NCBI RefSeq assembly: GCF_001194135.2
Contig: NC_068988.1
Span: 38,738,649 to 38,802,648, forward strand
Length of the DNA stretch: 64,000 bases
Direction: 5' to 3'
Origin: Octopus bimaculoides
Taxonomy: Eukaryota
Position 1 is the first letter of the stretch. Each line of letters starts with the position of its first letter. Under the pieces are notes generated by a model. It saw nothing but the letters and a program-made list of their open reading frames with translations, ran no database searches and was not told the origin of the DNA. The translations under genes were made by a program, and so were the position numbers. Positions 62,501 through 64,000 of the stretch are shown here, in pieces.

Positions 62501-63821
62501 AACTGGGGTGCCTAAGTTCACTTTGCAACTACATGGTTGAGATTTGCTCCTAGGGTGCATGCAGTACTGTAGGCAAGTGTCTTCAATTCTAGTACTGGTT
62601 TGGTCAAACCCTTTGTAAGTGTGGTAGGACCATTCTTTTTCTTATTGAGTGAGGAATTTAATCTGCCACCTAATTTAACAATCACCAAAATGTTGAGTGC
62701 CTTTAGCAAGTTTAAGGATATCTTTCTCCTTTTCTTCTACCAGTCTAGAAGCCCTGATAAAAGATATTCCTTGTTACTATTATTCCTCTTTTGACTCAAG
62801 CATTAAATAAAACCCTCCATGGTAGAAAACTAATCTTGGCTAGCTATTTGAATTGTTGAACATTTAACTGATAACTTTTATATCTAGAGAGGCAGTTTTT
62901 AAAACTTTTATGTCTATAAATTATATCTTATTTATTATTTAAACAATTTTGTATTTCTACACTAATTGGTGTATAATCTTGTATATAGTGATTTTTTTTT
63001 AGGTAAGTACAATGGTATGTATTTCTCTGATGAAGTCAGAATAATACTAAAACATGCCTAAAGTTGTCTCCCATACTTGTCGATTTAAATAATAAGATTA
63101 ATATTGAATTTTTTCTCCTTGCAATGCATAATTATTTCTGGTTAGCTTTTTAATTCTTCCTATATTGAATAACTTAATTTTGTTATTTTTCATATGAATA
63201 GCATCTTTCAAAAATTTCTTCTGTGAGCAGTTCTGTTTTGCCAAGATAACCAGTTATCAATCTTATATAATTCACCTGATGATTCTCTTATCGAAACAGT
63301 GAAATCCTTACTTCACTGATACCATTAGTAAAAGAAATTGAAACCTGTTCAGAGTTGACCCCAAAACTTGCTGAAATAACTTAATTAACATCAGTCATTG
63401 ACTAATCTTGCATCTTTCTTCACTACATCATTATTTCCAATTATCTTCATAATTTTTCTTTCATTAAATACATTAATACTTACTTGTATCTGTTAACCAC
63501 TCCATTATAAGGTTTAGATTCGGTTACAACTGTTTGCTCATAATAATCTGTTTGACTGTCAGTAAAACATACTAAAAAGCTCTAGCTTTCAGGATTCAGG
63601 ATGTTGCCACTAATGTAAACCCCCACCCTCATACACACCTGTCATTGCTTTTCATACTGGATGTACAAAGGTTACAGCCAATATCTCAATTCATCCATCA
63701 TTTCATTTTACTATTGTTCTTTCCTTTCTAATGTTATAAAGATTTCCTTGATTTTGATAGCATGCAACTCCTGGCTCATTATGCTCTGAGTTCTGATCCT
63801 GCCAAGGTGAACTTTGCCTTG

Positions 63822-64000
63822 TGGAGGTGCATGGTTTAATGGTTAAAGTATTGGACTCCTGACTGTATGATTGTGGTTTTGATTCCTGGACTGGGCGACG
63901 TGTTATGTTCTTGAGCAAAACAATTCATTTCATGTTGTTCCAGCCCACTCAACCAACAAAAATGAGTAATCCTGTGATGGACTGGTGTCCCATCCAGGTG
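63822..64000 (+). mobile_element. SINE family C (tail type 3), cut by the window end
   Basis: tRNA head, CORE ttgagcaaaacaatt, aatgagtaatcctgtgatggactgg as at 41383-41869. Confidence 0.85.

Noticed and set aside
63100-63480. Long coding exon on the minus strand
   Set aside because: All three frames give equally plausible short peptides separated by stops, as expected for AT-rich purine-skewed DNA.

Overview
AT-rich (by eye) eukaryotic genomic DNA with five N-gaps. The repeat content (tRNA/CORE-type SINEs, RTE LINE tails ending in (GAT)n, mariner/maT fossils, very dense TA/CA/CAT/AAC microsatellites) points to a coleoid cephalopod, most likely Octopus; this is inferred from repeat types, not from a search. 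The window is essentially intronic/intergenic. No host protein-coding gene could be named. Almost all ORFs in the supplied track are microsatellite or N-run artefacts. The recognisable coding remnants are all transposon-derived: RTE reverse transcriptase (several copies, one with an intact frame), two R4/Dong-type REL retroelements, a Helitron helicase with its 3' hairpin-CTAG end, a deleted mariner, a fold-back mariner with two 5' ends, and two inverted maT (DD37D-like) 3' halves. Local labels for the short repeats are as follows. A = bipartite tRNA/CORE SINE with a central microsatellite. B = tRNA SINE with a Meta-like domain and (ATT)n tail. C = tRNA/CORE SINEs with alternative tails. D = truncated RTE 3' tails. 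E = another dispersed repeat with a CTAGCAGG core. There are also TTAA-specific piggyBac-type MITEs and 8-bp-TSD hAT MITEs. A CpG-retaining block at about 54-62 kb contains splice and initiator-like signals and probably marks a promoter region, possibly bidirectional. A textbook AG|GTAAGT recursive-splice-like site lies at 63,001. I did not find a demonstrably new biological system; the findings below are ranked hypotheses.
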